Source: Eledone cirrhosa (Eukaryota). From it: a stretch of DNA of 64,000 nt. This document shows positions 41,895 through 55,746 of the stretch, in pieces (positions within the stretch are counted from its first letter, which is position 1; every line of letters begins with the position of its first letter). The position numbers were made by a program, and so were the translations under genes. Below the pieces are notes generated by a model that saw nothing but the letters and a program-made list of their open reading frames with translations, was not told the DNA's origin and made no database searches. The DNA lies in NCBI GenBank assembly GCA_964016885.1, contig OZ024742.1, forward strand, positions 286,688,001 to 286,752,000, written 5' to 3'.

Positions 41895-43435
41895 TCAGTT
41901 TGGACCGAAGGGTTTGATGAAATTGTTTTCAGTAGTTCTTTGTTGTCTGTGTTCATGTATGTATATTGTAAAGTCTTTTTTTTGTGTAGCAGTTAGTGTT
42001 GTGTGACGGGGAGGGGTGGTTTGTATATAGTTTGTATTCTCTTGGGGAGGGTTAAAGTTAACAAGTGTGTCTGTGGTACGCCTCCTCTTCTTTCTTTTTA
42101 CTGTTTGGAAGGGATCTTTTTCGTCTTGCGACGAAAGGGGTTCGTCTTCCTTGTTGGGTGGGAGGGGAATGTTTTCTGGTAGTGTTTGCGGTGTGTGTGT
42201 TTTTGTATTTGTTTTGGGTGGGGAGGGGTTGGGTGGGACAGTATTCTGTGTTGTTTTTTCACGTGTTTGTTGTTGTTGTTGTTGTTGTGGTGGTGGTGGT
42301 GGTGGTGTTGTTGGTTTTTGGTGTTGTTGTTGTTGTTGTGGTTGTTTTTGTTGTTGTTGGGGTGGTGTTGGTGTTGGTAGCAGTGTTTTTTTCTGTGTGA
42401 GCTGGGGACAGGCAGCCCTCAGGTGACCTCTATTGCCACAGAGGTAACAGGAGGGACGCCTACCCTCCACAATAATGTTGAGGTGGGTACGGTCATCCAG
42501 CATGACGCGCTCAGGGATTTGGGAGATACGTTCTGGCCTTATTTGTGTCAGAACTTCGATACTCGTTCCACTGAACGCGTCGCCGGATGCCGTCCCTATT
42601 GAAATGAGGTTGTCCTCGTCTAAATTGGGGAAACCGGTTAGTAACCACCAGTAGTTTATGTTTGGGGTGATGGTGGTTATCCATATTCTCTGGGGTTTTT
42701 TACCCATGTAGGTGGGGAAGAAGGTGTAGTGTGTGGAACGAATTGGCGACACAGAGTATTTTTTCGCCGCCAATTCGTCTTTCATCAATATGGATAAACT
42801 CCCATAGAGTTTATCCTTTTGTATGAAAGTGATGTCTTTCATCGCTTCTTTCAGTACTAACTGAATTTCAGCTTGAGATGGTTGTGCTGGTTTTTTTGTT
42901 TTATTTAAAATTGTACGGAATACGACAGTTCGTAACTCCGTCTGTTTTTTTAGTTCTGGAGGTGAATTTATAGAAAACGAACCGTTTTCGCCAAAAGATA
43001 CATATTTTTTGGCTTTTTCCAGCATTTCTTTGGCTTTTGAAATATCTTCAAGCACATAAGTGACTGATAATTTAGCCGTTTGTGCAAAAGATATTTTGTT
43101 TTCGTTGTTGGTGTTTGTATTGTTTTGTTTCTCGTCGTTTGAGTTGTTTTCATCTTTGTTGTTGTTGTCTTTCTCGTTTGGTGTGTGGATACTTGTGACG
43201 TTTGTGTTGTTGTTGTTTTTGTTGTCTTTATTGTTGCTGTTGTTGTCGTTGTTGTTGTTGTTTTCAGTTTCTTGTATAGTTGTAGCTACATCAAGTTGTC
43301 GGTCAACAGGTGAAGAAAATTCATCTTCTGGCTGACCTCTGCCTTTGGCTTCTGCTGCTGTGACAGTGGCAGGGGAAGCTGTGAGTATGACTTCTCTTTT
43401 CTTTCTTTGAATGTTGGCGAAGATGCTTCAGCCAT
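41895..43435 (-). pseudogene. LINE ORF1 (gag-like, zinc knuckle)
   Basis: CYLCGNRGHLRAAC knuckle and FQTVKRKKRRR motif. Probable ATG at 43435 with an early frameshift. Confidence 0.8.
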
Positions 43436-43669
43436 TTTTATAAAATAGGATTTTTCGAAATTTTTCGAAAGATAAAATTTTTTACAACACTATTTCGCCT
43501 AAAGGCGTAGAATATTTTGAGAGACTGACCAGATCAAAATTTGACCTGGCAGTCTCTCTACAAAATGGTACAAAAATGAAAGTTGACAGTTCACAATTTC
43601 CAGATAAATTTAAACGAAACTTACCGAGCGAGCTCAGCACATGTGTCTATCCCAAAGATATGTAGATAA

Positions 43670-43754
<85 letters not shown>

Positions 43755-43756
<2 letters not shown>

Positions 43757-43960
43757 CGCGAGAGTTAGCCGTAAAGTTCATAGCCAGACCACGATACTCT
43801 CATAGAATGAGCATATGTAGTTTATTTTTCAACATAGTCTATGGAAAGAAACAATGCAGTCATTAATAAGAAGAGTTGAAATTAATGCATACAAGATTTC
43901 ACAGCTCTAGCATCACTCCTTTACAGTCAGCCTATGAACATTTCAGCCAACCCTCATATA
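43755..43960. mobile_element. Mariner-type MITE
   Basis: Degenerate TIRs GAGAGTTAGCCGTAAAGTTCATAG / CTATGAACATTTCAGCCAACCCTC. Confidence 0.65.
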
Positions 43961-44151
43961 TACAAACACGCACACATATAAAAACACTACACATATATAG
44001 GCTAGAAAATATTTCACTTTAAGTAGTTCAGTAAATATATTAAATTATTTACGCTGTTTACAGTTCTAAACATATTCAACCTTTTAAGTTTCATAAATTC
44101 TAACCGGATACGTGTGTGTGTATGTATGTATATGTATGTATGTATCTATGT

Positions 44152-44196
<45 letters not shown>

Positions 44197-44295
44197 TATA
44201 TGTGTGTGTGTGTGTGTGTGCTTACAATATCCTGTTGCTCATATTGATAAAAGATCATGTCCCCCGGGTAGATTCGGGCTGAGCTCCGGGATAAA

Positions 44296-44401
<106 letters not shown>

Positions 44402-44603
44402 GTGTGTGTATATATATATATATATATTTCGTTTTGAATTTGTTTTGTAAGATTTCTTATCTGAAAGCGTGTGTTGAAACACATTGTTATACGTTGGGAG
44501 GGTCATGCTGCCAATAAAAATACACGCACCTGTTGATTTTCACTTCAATTTATTATAAATTTCCTGTTAGTTGGTTCGATAACCGGAAGGTTGTTTATAT
44601 ATT

Positions 44604-44645
44604 GTCAAAACTCTTTCGTTACACATTCTGTGACCTCTTCAGTGA
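44604..44645 (-). ncRNA. Minimal/degenerate HHR
   Basis: GTCA-CTGAAGA-GGTCACA GAA TGTGTAAC-GAAA GAG TTT-TGAC. A decayed homologue lies at ~3647-3696. Confidence 0.5.
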
Positions 44646-44737
44646 CTACGTTTTTATTTTGTCTCTCGCCTTTGTTCTGTCCTACACCATTTTTAGATGC
44701 GTGTGTTTTTATTGGCAGCATAACCCTCCCAAAGTAT

Positions 44738-44795
<58 letters not shown>

Positions 44796-44882
44796 AATGA
44801 GTTATTTGGTTTGTTGATTATTCAACAAAGTTAATTTTACAACAGATTAGAAGCACTCAACGATATTTATCTGGAGTATCAT

Positions 44883-45216
44883 TAATATCAATAATATTAA
44901 TAAATGGAAAATATCTTTATAAAACCATATTTATTTTATTATACGTATTTCAAGTGTACTAATATTTAAGTACGCTTTCGTCAGATTAAATATAATAATT
45001 AGTGTAAAGATAGTGACATATCTTCATGTGAACTTCATGTTATATAGCGACGCTGAACTTATAACATGATGTTCACATGAAGATATGTCAGTATCTTTAC
45101 ACCAATTATATTTTATCTGACAAAAGCGTACTTAACTATTAGTACCCTTGAAATACGTATAATAAAATAAATATGGTTTTATGAAGATATTTTCCATTTA
45201 TTAATATTATTGATAT

Positions 45217-45219
<3 letters not shown>
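44883..45219. mobile_element. ~335-bp palindrome of two back-to-back PLE termini, each with an HHR (44932-44992 minus; 45109-45169 plus)
   Basis: Arms are reverse-complementary around a ~15-nt loop. Cores are CTGACGA and CTGACAA, followed by GAAAT ACGT ATA. Related to the 33318/50239 family. Confidence 0.85.
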
Positions 45220-45297
<78 letters not shown>

Positions 45298-45444
45298 AGA
45301 AAGTTATAGTTCACTTAAGCGTTGTGTAATGAGGTATAAACGTTTGAATTTGTAAAGCCAAGACCATGCAGGTCTTGGCTTTACAAATTCAAACGTTTAT
45401 ATATATATATAAATATATATATATATATGATATACATATATATA

Positions 45445-45504
<60 letters not shown>

Positions 45505-45732
45505 ATGAGAAGAAAGAAGAATATTGCGTGGTTTGCACATGGGTTACATATGATAAAAATAGTCCTTCGTCAGTGATTTTCCAACCATCATTGATATTTC
45601 ATCGCAATATATATATATGATATATATATATATGATATATATATAATAAGCGGAGTGATAATCATTTGAGTGTGGGATTAAATGCGCTCGAATCCCATTG
45701 TGGTTAACTTCGCTTTTTCCTCTCTTCGGGAT

Positions 45733-45831
45733 GGATATATACTACCACCCCAGAGGCGGGATATATACTACCACCCCAGAGGCGGGATATATACTACCAC
45801 CCCAGAGGCGGGATATATACTACCACCCCAG
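45733..45831. repeat. 26-bp tandem repeat x~4
   Basis: GGATATATACTACCACCCCAGAGGCG. Confidence 0.9.
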
Positions 45832-46494
45832 TGTCTTAGAATTGTGCAATTGTTAAAGAATCTGATCTGATTTGTCTCTGTCAGTTCTAGGTTCAAATTT
45901 TGTCTCCTTCTACCGAAAGTTTTGGCACACAGATTGTATCAGCAATGAAACGGCCAATGGAAGCATAGCTTCCTTGGACCTCCTTTTATGATTGGTTTCT
46001 TTCCTCTGTCAGGTCTTGTAACCAGATAGTTTCAATAATGGAAAGACTAATGGAAACATTGTTTCCTTGGGCCACTCTGATGAGTGACTCCTTTTCTCTG
46101 TCAATAGTTGTGACTGACAGATAGTATCAACAATGGAAAGACCAACTGAATCATTGTTTCTTCGGTCCGATCTGATAATTGGTGATACACTCTGATAATT
46201 GGTGTCTGGCACTCTACCGATTCTGCATTTCACACTCCTCCAATGTAACAAATGTAATCGAACGTGGTTTATGCTTAGAGCGTTCCGTTCACGAACCCAA
46301 GGTCGTGAGTTCGATTCCCGATGAAGTGTCGTATGCTGTTGAAATGTTGGGTAAATACTCTATTGTGGTCAATATTTCTTCATAGGAGCCTTTATTCTTA
46401 TAGCCTGGTCTAATTGATTTTTTTATATGGTTAATTATGCTAATTGGGAGAGGAAATTGTATATATTTTATCTAATAATTCTAGGGACATGATT

Positions 46495-46525
<31 letters not shown>

Positions 46526-46874
46526 AGGGGTCGTTGGTGTATGTGTGAATGTATATATGCATGTATGCATGTATATATATATATATATTATATATATTTA
46601 ATATATATATATGTGTGTTTGTGTGTCTGTCTGTTTGTTTGTGTGTATGTGTGTAAATATTCGCTTCTGACCGGATATGTGATGTGTTTATGTATGCTTG
46701 TATATATATATATATGAGGAGTGGTTGTTTGTATGGGTGAATGTATATATGCATGTATGCATGTATATATATATATATATATATTATATATATTTTATAT
46801 ATATATGTGTGTGTTTGTGTGTCTGTCTGTTTGTTTGTGTGTGTGTTTGTGTGTGAGTGTGTGTGTGTGTGTGT

Positions 46875-46939
<65 letters not shown>

Positions 46940-46970
46940 TGAGTGAGTGAGTGAGTGAGTGAGTGAGTGA

Positions 46971-47092
<122 letters not shown>

Positions 47093-47159
47093 ATTCGCTT
47101 CTGACCGGATATGTGATGTGTTTATGTATATATGCAAATACGTATGCTTGTATATATAT

Positions 47160-47768
47160 GGTCAGGTCACCAGTTGGTGCTACTGGTAACATGTATCCCA
47201 GTACAACCTGTCCCATGGTCGGGTCGTTGACGACTAAACTGGCAACCCCACCAAGGTTTCTTGGTCAGGAGGGTGACTTTGGACATCCTGCAGGACTAAA
47301 AACAAAACCTGTCAAAGGGCAAAGGAGCTCTTAATAGTCAATGGCCATCCAAAATCACCGGGAGAGATGACCCCTTAGCCTTTGTCAAGGCAGAATTCTA
47401 GGAGAAGGAAAACTCTGATATAACACCTGCAGCCCTGATGGTATCCAATGATGTTGACTTGTTCTTCTTTTTGGTAAATATCATATTGGTTAAGAGAGTG
47501 GGACTGGCTTTGTGCAGTGCCTTTGCTCACTATAAAAGCTTCACGGCACAGGCATTGCTTTATATCTGGAGATCTCTCTGCACTTGTCATCACATGGTAC
47601 CATGGGCCCAGCACTATGTGTCAATAATTGTCACAAGTGTAGTGTTTGTACCAGAGTTTTCAAGTCGCTGGCTGGACTAAAAAGTCACACTCGTTCAGCG
47701 CATCGGTAAGGGTGCTCCTACATGGATATAAAGTAGTGGCCGTACTCGAAAACGAGTTGGCAACCACC
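47160..47768 (+). mobile_element. ~610-bp non-autonomous element (copy 3)
   Basis: Reverse complement of 19121-19729. Confidence 0.75.
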
Positions 47769-47799
<31 letters not shown>

Positions 47800-47943
47800 G
47801 GGTGGTTGTTTGTATGTGTGAATGTATATATGCATGTATGCATGTATATATATATAAATATTATATATATTTAATATATATATGTGTGTTTGTGTGTCTG
47901 TCTGTTTGTTTGTGTGTGTGTTTGTGTGTGTGTGTGTATGTGA

Positions 47944-48008
<65 letters not shown>

Positions 48009-48015
48009 TGTGTCT

Positions 48016-48052
<37 letters not shown>

Positions 48053-48135
48053 TGTGTTTGTGTGTGTGTGTGTGTAAATATTCGCTTCTGACCGGATATG
48101 TGATGTGTTTATGTATATATGCAAATACGTATGCT

Positions 48136-48239
<104 letters not shown>

Positions 48240-48282
48240 GGATGTTTGTTTGTATGTGTGAATGTATATATGCATGTATGCA

Positions 48283-50342
48283 GACGCACTGCCAACAACT
48301 TCCAGGCGTCCAACAATGGCATACCACCCCTGTATGGACTCCGCAAAGACCACAAGACAGTCGACGACCCGACAACAGGACCACCAACAAGACCTGTATG
48401 CGGAGCAAATATAGCTACCAACTACAGGATCTCCTACTTCCTCTCAATGGTTATACGCCTCATAATCAAGATGTCCCTAGATGTATGTGACAGTACAGAG
48501 GGCCTCCTCAGCAGAATCAGTGAGTTCAACAAAAACAGGAACCTATCCAACTGCATAATAGGCAGCATGGATGTGGTATCACTGTACCCATCCATTAACA
48601 TTGTTGAAAAATGTGTGGAGATGATCATTGAGAGTGAGGTGGAGTTCTGCGACGTTGACACAGACGAACTGGGCCTCCTACTTAGACTTACCTACGACAC
48701 TGACTACCTAGACAGCCATGACCTTAGACGTTTCTGCCCCAGTAGACTCATAAGAGGTAGACCCCCCACCATAACCTCAATGGCAAAAAAGACTCCCATG
48801 GGAAGGTGGATTGGGTGGACCAAAGCTATACGGACCCCCAAGACAATGATCAGGTAAGAAAAATGGTCGCACATGCAATAGGGGCTAGTATCAAAACTAC
48901 CCTAAAGGGCCACATATTCAAGTTCAACGAGAAGATCTACACCCAAAATGAGGGAGCAGCCATTGGCGTCAGCATAGCTGGTGACGTTGCCAACCTTTTT
49001 ATGGTATGGTGGGAAAGGAGACTCAAAGATCTCCTTGATGAGAGCTCCATAGACCTCATCATGTACTCTCGTTACGTGGACGACATCAATATAATAATAA
49101 GGACATCCCCACAAGAGAGCACTAACAAGTTTGATTTAGAACGTAGCACAATGGAAAGCATCCAGCAGATAGCTAATTCCATACACCAGAGTATAACTGT
49201 AACTATCGACTACCCTTCCAAACACCCTAACAATAGACTACCTGTATTAGACACGGAACTCTGGATTAACGCTATAGACGAGAGAGTCCAAATTCTCCAC
49301 TCACACTATGCTAAACCCATGGCCTCCAAATACCTGATACTCAAAAACTCAGTAATGTCCAGTAGTGCTAAGTTTAATATTCTGATCGCAGACTTGGTAC
49401 GAGTGATGAAGAACGTGTCCCGCATGTGCGACCCAACAGAAATGGAAAGACACATCCAACACTTCATCAATCGCATGCAGTTCTCTGGCTACAACCAAAG
49501 AGACAGAATCAGAGTATACGAAGGAGCCACGGAGAAGTATAAGACCCTCATAGAACTGGACATGAAAGGAATTTGCCCATTATACAGGAGCAAATCATGG
49601 AATAGCTTAGATAGGACTAGACATAAGATAGGGAAAGCCACTTCATGGTACGACAACTAGAGATACCAGAGTGTCATGTTTGTGGACGCTACCGCTGGAG
49701 GGAAATTAGCTAACCAGTGTAGAAAGGTCCTGCGAAAGACACACTTAAAGATTAAGGTGGTAGAAAAGCCAGGAACCACCATAAAATCCCTGATCAGCAA
49801 AACCTACCTTTTTAAGAAAACCCACTGTACTAATAGGAAATGTATCATATGTAGAGTAAACCCCCGGATGAACTGTAAAACTAGAAACGTAGTCTATAGC
49901 ATAAGATGTACAGAGGGTACTTGCAGAAACATGACAACAACATACATAGACGAGACAGCTCGTAGCATAGGTGAAAGGATAGACCAACCCTGGGGGGAAC
50001 TAAAAGGACTAAAAAAACGGTTACATAGACAACATAGAAGTTAGAATAATATCTAAACATAGAAATGACCCAGTAGATAGGCAAATCAGAGAGGCCAGCG
50101 AAATAGAACTTAGAAGGCCAAGGCTAAACAGAAAAAAATGAATGGAATAACAACACCCAAACAAACAACACTGACCTAAGTAATGGTTGCATTCTTTAAG
50201 GGAATGTCAATATTTATTTATAAAACTGCTCTATATTATATTTTATCTGATGAAAGCACACCATAATTTAACTTGGTGTCCTTGAAATATGTATAATGAA
50301 ATAAATATGGTTTTATAAATATAGTTTCCATTTGTTAATATC
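48283..50342 (+). mobile_element. 5'-truncated Penelope-like element: RT + GIY-YIG (frameshifted), short 3' UTR with HHR
   Basis: [61 protein letters not shown]. Confidence 0.92.
50239..50303 (+). ncRNA. Type I hammerhead ribozyme at PLE 3' end
   Basis: TATTTTAT-CTGATGA-AAG C ACACCA..TGGTGT C CTT-GAAAT ATGT ATA-ATGAAATA. Confidence 0.85.
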
Positions 50343-50393
50343 GTATATATATATTATATATATTTAGTATATATATATGTGTGTTTGTGTGTC

Positions 50394-50474
<81 letters not shown>

Positions 50475-50530
50475 ATTCGCTTCTGACAGGATATGTGATG
50501 TGTTTATGTATATATGCAAATACGTAAGCT

Positions 50531-50580
<50 letters not shown>

Positions 50581-50627
50581 GGGTGGTTGTTTGTATGTGT
50601 GAATGTATATGTGCATGTATGCATGTA

Positions 50628-50702
<75 letters not shown>

Positions 50703-51000
50703 TAATAAAATAATGAATAAACAAAGAAACAGTTCCTTATATTAAAAAAAATTCATTATAAGGAACTGTTTCTTTGTTTATTCATTATTTTATTAATTTA
50801 TCTTGACTCTGTTTTCCGTTTATTTTCCACCGAAAGTAGTTTTTGAATGCATCTTCACTTTTCATGATATCCGGATTACATTGAGTTCTTCATACGGATT
50901 GGACACTACCGTAAACGTTTGGTAGATTTATCTACATATATATATATATATTATATGTATTTAATATATATATGTGTGTTTGTGTGTCTGTCTGTTTGTT

Positions 51001-51049
<49 letters not shown>

Positions 51050-51220
51050 GTGTGTGTATGTGTGCGTAAATATTCGCTTCTAACCGGATATGTGGTGTGT
51101 TTATGTATATATGCAAATACGTATGCTTTTATATATATATATATATATATGAGGGGTGGTTGTTTGTATGTGTGAATGTATATATGCATGTATGCGTATA
51201 TATATATATATATTATATAT

Positions 51221-51329
<109 letters not shown>

Positions 51330-51418
51330 GGAAAAATTTGAACAGGGACAAAACAGAGAGGCAGTACAACGAATGTTTATTAATTTCACGCTCTGGAGAG
51401 TGGGGTGTTGGTGGGGGA

Positions 51419-51562
51419 CATATAGTTTTTAAGCATCATGATATGCTACGCGCGCGTACACACACCAACACACAAACCCATACACACATATATGTGTGTA
51501 TGGGTTTGTGTGTTGGTGTGTGTACGCGCGCGTAGCATATCATGATGCTTAAAAACTATATG
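51419..51562. repeat. 144-bp perfect spacerless palindrome
   Basis: Centre at 51490/51491. The ORF track shows the same peptide on both strands. Confidence 0.95.
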
Positions 51563-51828
51563 CATGTTCTTCGTATTTAAACGACACCCGGATGTAACAT
51601 AATATGGGTGTACGACTACATAGAGTTGTTGTTGTTGGTGGTGGTGGTGGTGGTGGTGGACATCCATCGTTTTCGATGATTACTGCTCTAGTTGATTCAA
51701 TGAAGTTACTGAGCATTCCACAGGTACGTGAACTTTTAACTTAGTTCTCATGGAGATTCAGCGTGACACAACATGTGACAAAAACTGGTTCTTTGAATTA
51801 AGGTACAACTATTTTTTTGTCAGATGCG

Positions 51829-52265
51829 TGGACTAGAGCAATGTGAAATAAAATGTCTTGCTCAAGGACACTGTGGACTAGAGCAGCGTGAAATAAAGTG
51901 TCTTGCTCAAGGACACAGTGGACTGGTGCAACATGAAATAAAGGGCCTGGTTCAATGACACATTTAACTGAAGCAACATGAAATAAAGTGTCTTGCTCAA
52001 GGACACAGTGGACTGGAGCAACATGAAATAATGTGACTTGTTCAAGGACAGAGTGAACTGGAGCAATGTATTCCTACTGGACATACCTTTCCCGACATGT
52101 TAATATTTCAGCGAAACTGAACTCTCCCTGGACATACATTTCCCGACATGGTAATATATCAGCGAAACTGGACTCTCCCTGGACATACCTTTTCCGACAT
52201 GTTAATATTTCATCGAAACTGGACTCTCCCTGGACATACCTTTCCTGACATTGTAACATTTCAGC
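51829..52265. repeat. 45-bp tandem (~5 copies, SINE-core derived) followed by 51-bp tandem (~3.6 copies)
   Basis: TGGACTAGAGCA..AAGTGTCTTGCTCAAGGACAC units. CTGGACATAC recurs at 52077, 52128, 52179 and 52230. Confidence 0.85.
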
Positions 52266-52419
52266 GGTAGTTTGTGGATTTATTAATTAGTAAAAATGCG
52301 TGTATCTCACTAAAGATGGACATTATTGCAGAGACCGTTAGTTTTAACCAAGATGTAGCAATAGGGAACTTAGAGAAGTTAGAGAAAAAGCTAGGTAACC
52401 ACTTGTTTGTATTGTATGA

Positions 52420-52747
52420 TTTCGTAATTCCTGATGATGTCGTAGGGGCACCGTAGTGACATACAGCATTTCTTGGGCAGTTTAAACCTTGTGGAGCCCA
52501 TCCCTCTCCAGGTTTGACAACAGCAGATTTCTTCCTGAGAAGGATAAAAAATAAAAGAGAGGAAATGAGAAAGAGATAAGGAGGAAGAATCGATCCCAGT
52601 ACTAGATTGGTACCTTTTTTATCGAGCTCAAAAGGAGGAAAAGCAAAGTTGACCTCAGGGGGATTTGAACTGAGAGAGTTGACAGCCGGAACGAATAACG
52701 CATAACATTCTATCCAACGTTCTAATGACTCTGCCAATTAGCCGCCT
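52420..52747 (-). mobile_element. tRNA-derived SINE
   Basis: Reverse homologue of 9268-9600. Confidence 0.8.
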
Positions 52748-53024
52748 CAAATAACCACTTAGAGTAGACAAAAAGAAAAAAAACACTGCTTAGGGGATGC
52801 TTGTAGCGAGAAGGTTCATTGACCGCTTCCTCGACGTGTAACACAAAGGATGTATTGTTCTGTCTCTGAGAGGGCGTACTTGGAAAAATAAGAGTACGAA
52901 TGCTTACTCAATAGATGAAAGTAAGGGAGACGAACGTAGAAAGATAAAAAAATGTAGGTCTTTCGCTAACAACTACGGGTGAGTGGTATCCAATTGACTT
53001 TCCCTTCCACTAAATTGCTGGCTT

Positions 53025-54168
53025 TGTACTGAAATATATAAATTGTACTAAAATATATAAATTGTACTAAAATATATAAATTGTCCTAAAAATATATAAT
53101 GTGTACTAAAATATATAAATTGTCCTAAAAATATATAATGTGTACTAAAATATATAAATTGTCCTAAAAATATATAATGTGTACTAAAATATATAAATTG
53201 TCCTAAAAATATATAATGTGTACTAAAATATATAAATTGTCCTAAAAATATATAATGTGTACTAAAATATATAAATTGTCCTAAAAATATATAATGTGTA
53301 CTAAAATATATAAATTGTACTAAAATATATAAATTGTACTAAAATATATAATTTGTACTAAAAATATATTTGTACTAAAATATATAAATTGTACTAAAAT
53401 ATATAATTTGTACTAAAAATATATTTGTACTAAAATATATAAATTGTACTAAAATATATAAATTGTCCTAAAAATATATAATTTGTACTAAAATATATAA
53501 ATTGTACTAAAATATATAAATTGTCCTAAAATATATAAATTGTACTAAAATATATAAATTGTCCTAAAATATATAATGTGTACTAAAATATATAAATTGT
53601 CCTAAAAATATATAATGTGTACTAAAATATATAAATTGTCCTAAAAATATATAATGTGTACTAAAATATATAAATTGTCCTAAAAATATATAATGTGTAC
53701 TAAAATATATAAATTGTCCTAAAAATATATAATGTGTACTAAAATATATAAATTGTCCTAAAAATATATAATGTGTACTAAAATATATAAATTGTACTAA
53801 AATATATAAATTGTCCTAAAAATATATAATTTGTACTAAAATATATAAATTGTACTAAAATATATAAATTGTACTAAAATATATAATTTGTACTAAAAAT
53901 ATATTTGTACTAAAATATATAAATTGTACTAAAATATATAAATTGTCCTAAAAATATATAATTTGTACTAAAATATATAAATTGTACTAAAATATATAAA
54001 TTGTCCTAAAATATATAAATTGTACTAAAATATATAAATTATCCTAAAATATATAAATTGTACTAAAATATATAAATTGTACTAAAATATATAAATTGTA
54101 CTAAAATATATTAGTACTAAAATATATAAATTGTACTAAAATATATAAATTGTACTAAAATATATAAA
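53025..54168. repeat. ~19-21-bp AT-rich minisatellite
   Basis: AAAATATATAAATTGT(A/C)CT units. Confidence 0.95.
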
Positions 54169-54854
54169 GATGTAAAGATATAAATATTTAGGTCTTTGGC
54201 AAATAGTAACGAGTGTGCGATATCCAATTGACTTTCCCTTCCCCTAAATTGCTGGCCTTGTTCTAAGATTAAAAAGTATTATCTATTCACTTTATCTCTT
54301 TCGCAATTTTACACCCATCTGTAAATACTTTAATTTTATTTTATTTTCGATGAAGGACGTCTTATTGAACTGTTTGAAATACTCGTATTGATTATTGATC
54401 TTTGTCGACGTAGTAAAGAAAAAATTCTACAATTTTACAACTTATCTACTGGACCCTCCTTCGGTTAAAACATGATTGCCTGTTAGTTACTGAGATTGTG
54501 GTCACTGTGGGTATAATATAAGTTATTCAATCTTTATTATTAGCAATTTAAAGATTAAAGAGACCATTTTCATCAGCCGAATAAAAACAGGGATAAATAA
54601 TAAGTGAGAAACGCACGAGGCGGAATGGTTACTGTAGCCACCCCGCACATGCACATGCATTTTGCAAACACATAGACCAGTTAGGGAAGAAAACTCCGAT
54701 TGCTAGTTTTGTCTTTTGTCTTGGACTGTTTCAGCGTTGCCTCAGGAAAGGATAATAGTTCTGAAATATGCTAAAATACTGGGCAAAACATTACTTTGTT
54801 TTGTTTTATTTCATTTGCCCTTCGTAATTTTCTAACACATTGTATGTATATATG

Positions 54855-55450
54855 GTTCCGTAACTCCTGATAGAGTCAGTCGTAAGAGTGTTTCTTGGGC
54901 ATTTAAAGCCTGGACAAGCCCATCCCTCTCTAGGCCTGAATACAGCAGATTTCTTCCAGAGAAAGATTGAAAGTGAGAGAGGGGAAATGATAAAGAGATA
55001 TAGAGGAAGAATCAACCCCAGTACTTAACTGGTACTTTTTTTTAATCTATCACGGAAGGATGAAAGGCTAAGTTGACCTCGGCGGGATTTGAAATGAGAG
55101 ATCAGAGAGCTGGAACGAATACTACAAATCATTCTATTCGACGTTCTAACGACTCTGTCAATTCGCCGCCACCGGCTTTAAAAACAAGTATCGATGTTTT
55201 ACTACATAACTCACAATGCTGCGTATTAACTACACTATTCTCTTTATTTTTAAGTAATCGGCAGAACGTCGGACACGATGATTTTCAGCATAGAGTTACG
55301 GCCCTTTACGTTTTGAGTTCAAATTCCGCCAATCTTTGGCCTTTTATCCTTACGGGGTCGATAAAATAAAGGACTAGTAATGCACTGGGGTTAATTTAAT
55401 CGATTTTCCCTCTCCCCCTAAATTGCTGGCCTTGTGCCTCTAGCAGAAAC
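54855..55450. mobile_element. Two SINE copies (54855-55170 minus; ~55255-55450 plus)
   Basis: Shared SINE head and body motifs. Confidence 0.8.
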
Positions 55451-55544
55451 AATTATTAGAGTTACGTTTTGAAAGCACAATTGCCGGATGCTATATGATG
55501 AGAATATTTGAAATATGTACGTAATGACAATATTATATTATAGG

Positions 55545-55735
55545 TCTTCTTGTCGTGTCCACAAAAGTGTCAGCTACAAAGCTTGGCTAGATGTGGTTCC
55601 GCCACAGCTGAACACATTGCTGACATTTCTCACTAAACTCTGCCAAGTCCAATGCTGTGCAGGGCGTTCCAGCAGGGGATATATCAGAAGATGCTGCGTA
55701 GTCTGTGGTTCGATGATGCAGTCACACACATCCCC
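55545..55735 (-). mobile_element. RTEX-like LINE 3' fragment
   Basis: [12 protein letters not shown] zinc-knuckle remnant ending GGACACGACAAGAAGA. Second copy at 57412-57575. Confidence 0.65.
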
Positions 55736-55746
55736 ATCCTTTAGAG

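Larger units (their letters stand above)
38246..43655 (-). mobile_element. Near full-length Tx1/L1-clade non-LTR retrotransposon flanked by (GATA)n
   Basis: 5' UTR, ORF1 with CCHC knuckle, ORF2 with APE and RT, 3' UTR. GATA repeats lie on both sides. Confidence 0.93.

Noticed and set aside
45560-45582. Minus-strand CTGACGAAGGAC (and CTGAGGAGAC near 60680) as HHRs
   Set aside because: Only a possible 5' half, with no downstream GAAA.
46070-46170. CTGATGA as HHR core
   Set aside because: No properly placed GAAA, helix III or stem I partner. The same applies to matches near 19716, 23371, 52432, 54570 and 55979.
45980-46255. Possible host exon after pyrimidine tract + CAG at ~46012
   Set aside because: All plus frames stop within ~40 codons and no recognisable protein is encoded. 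It may be decayed LINE sequence.
52077-52265. CRISPR array
   Set aside because: Contiguous 51-bp units without spacers, in a eukaryotic context with no cas genes.
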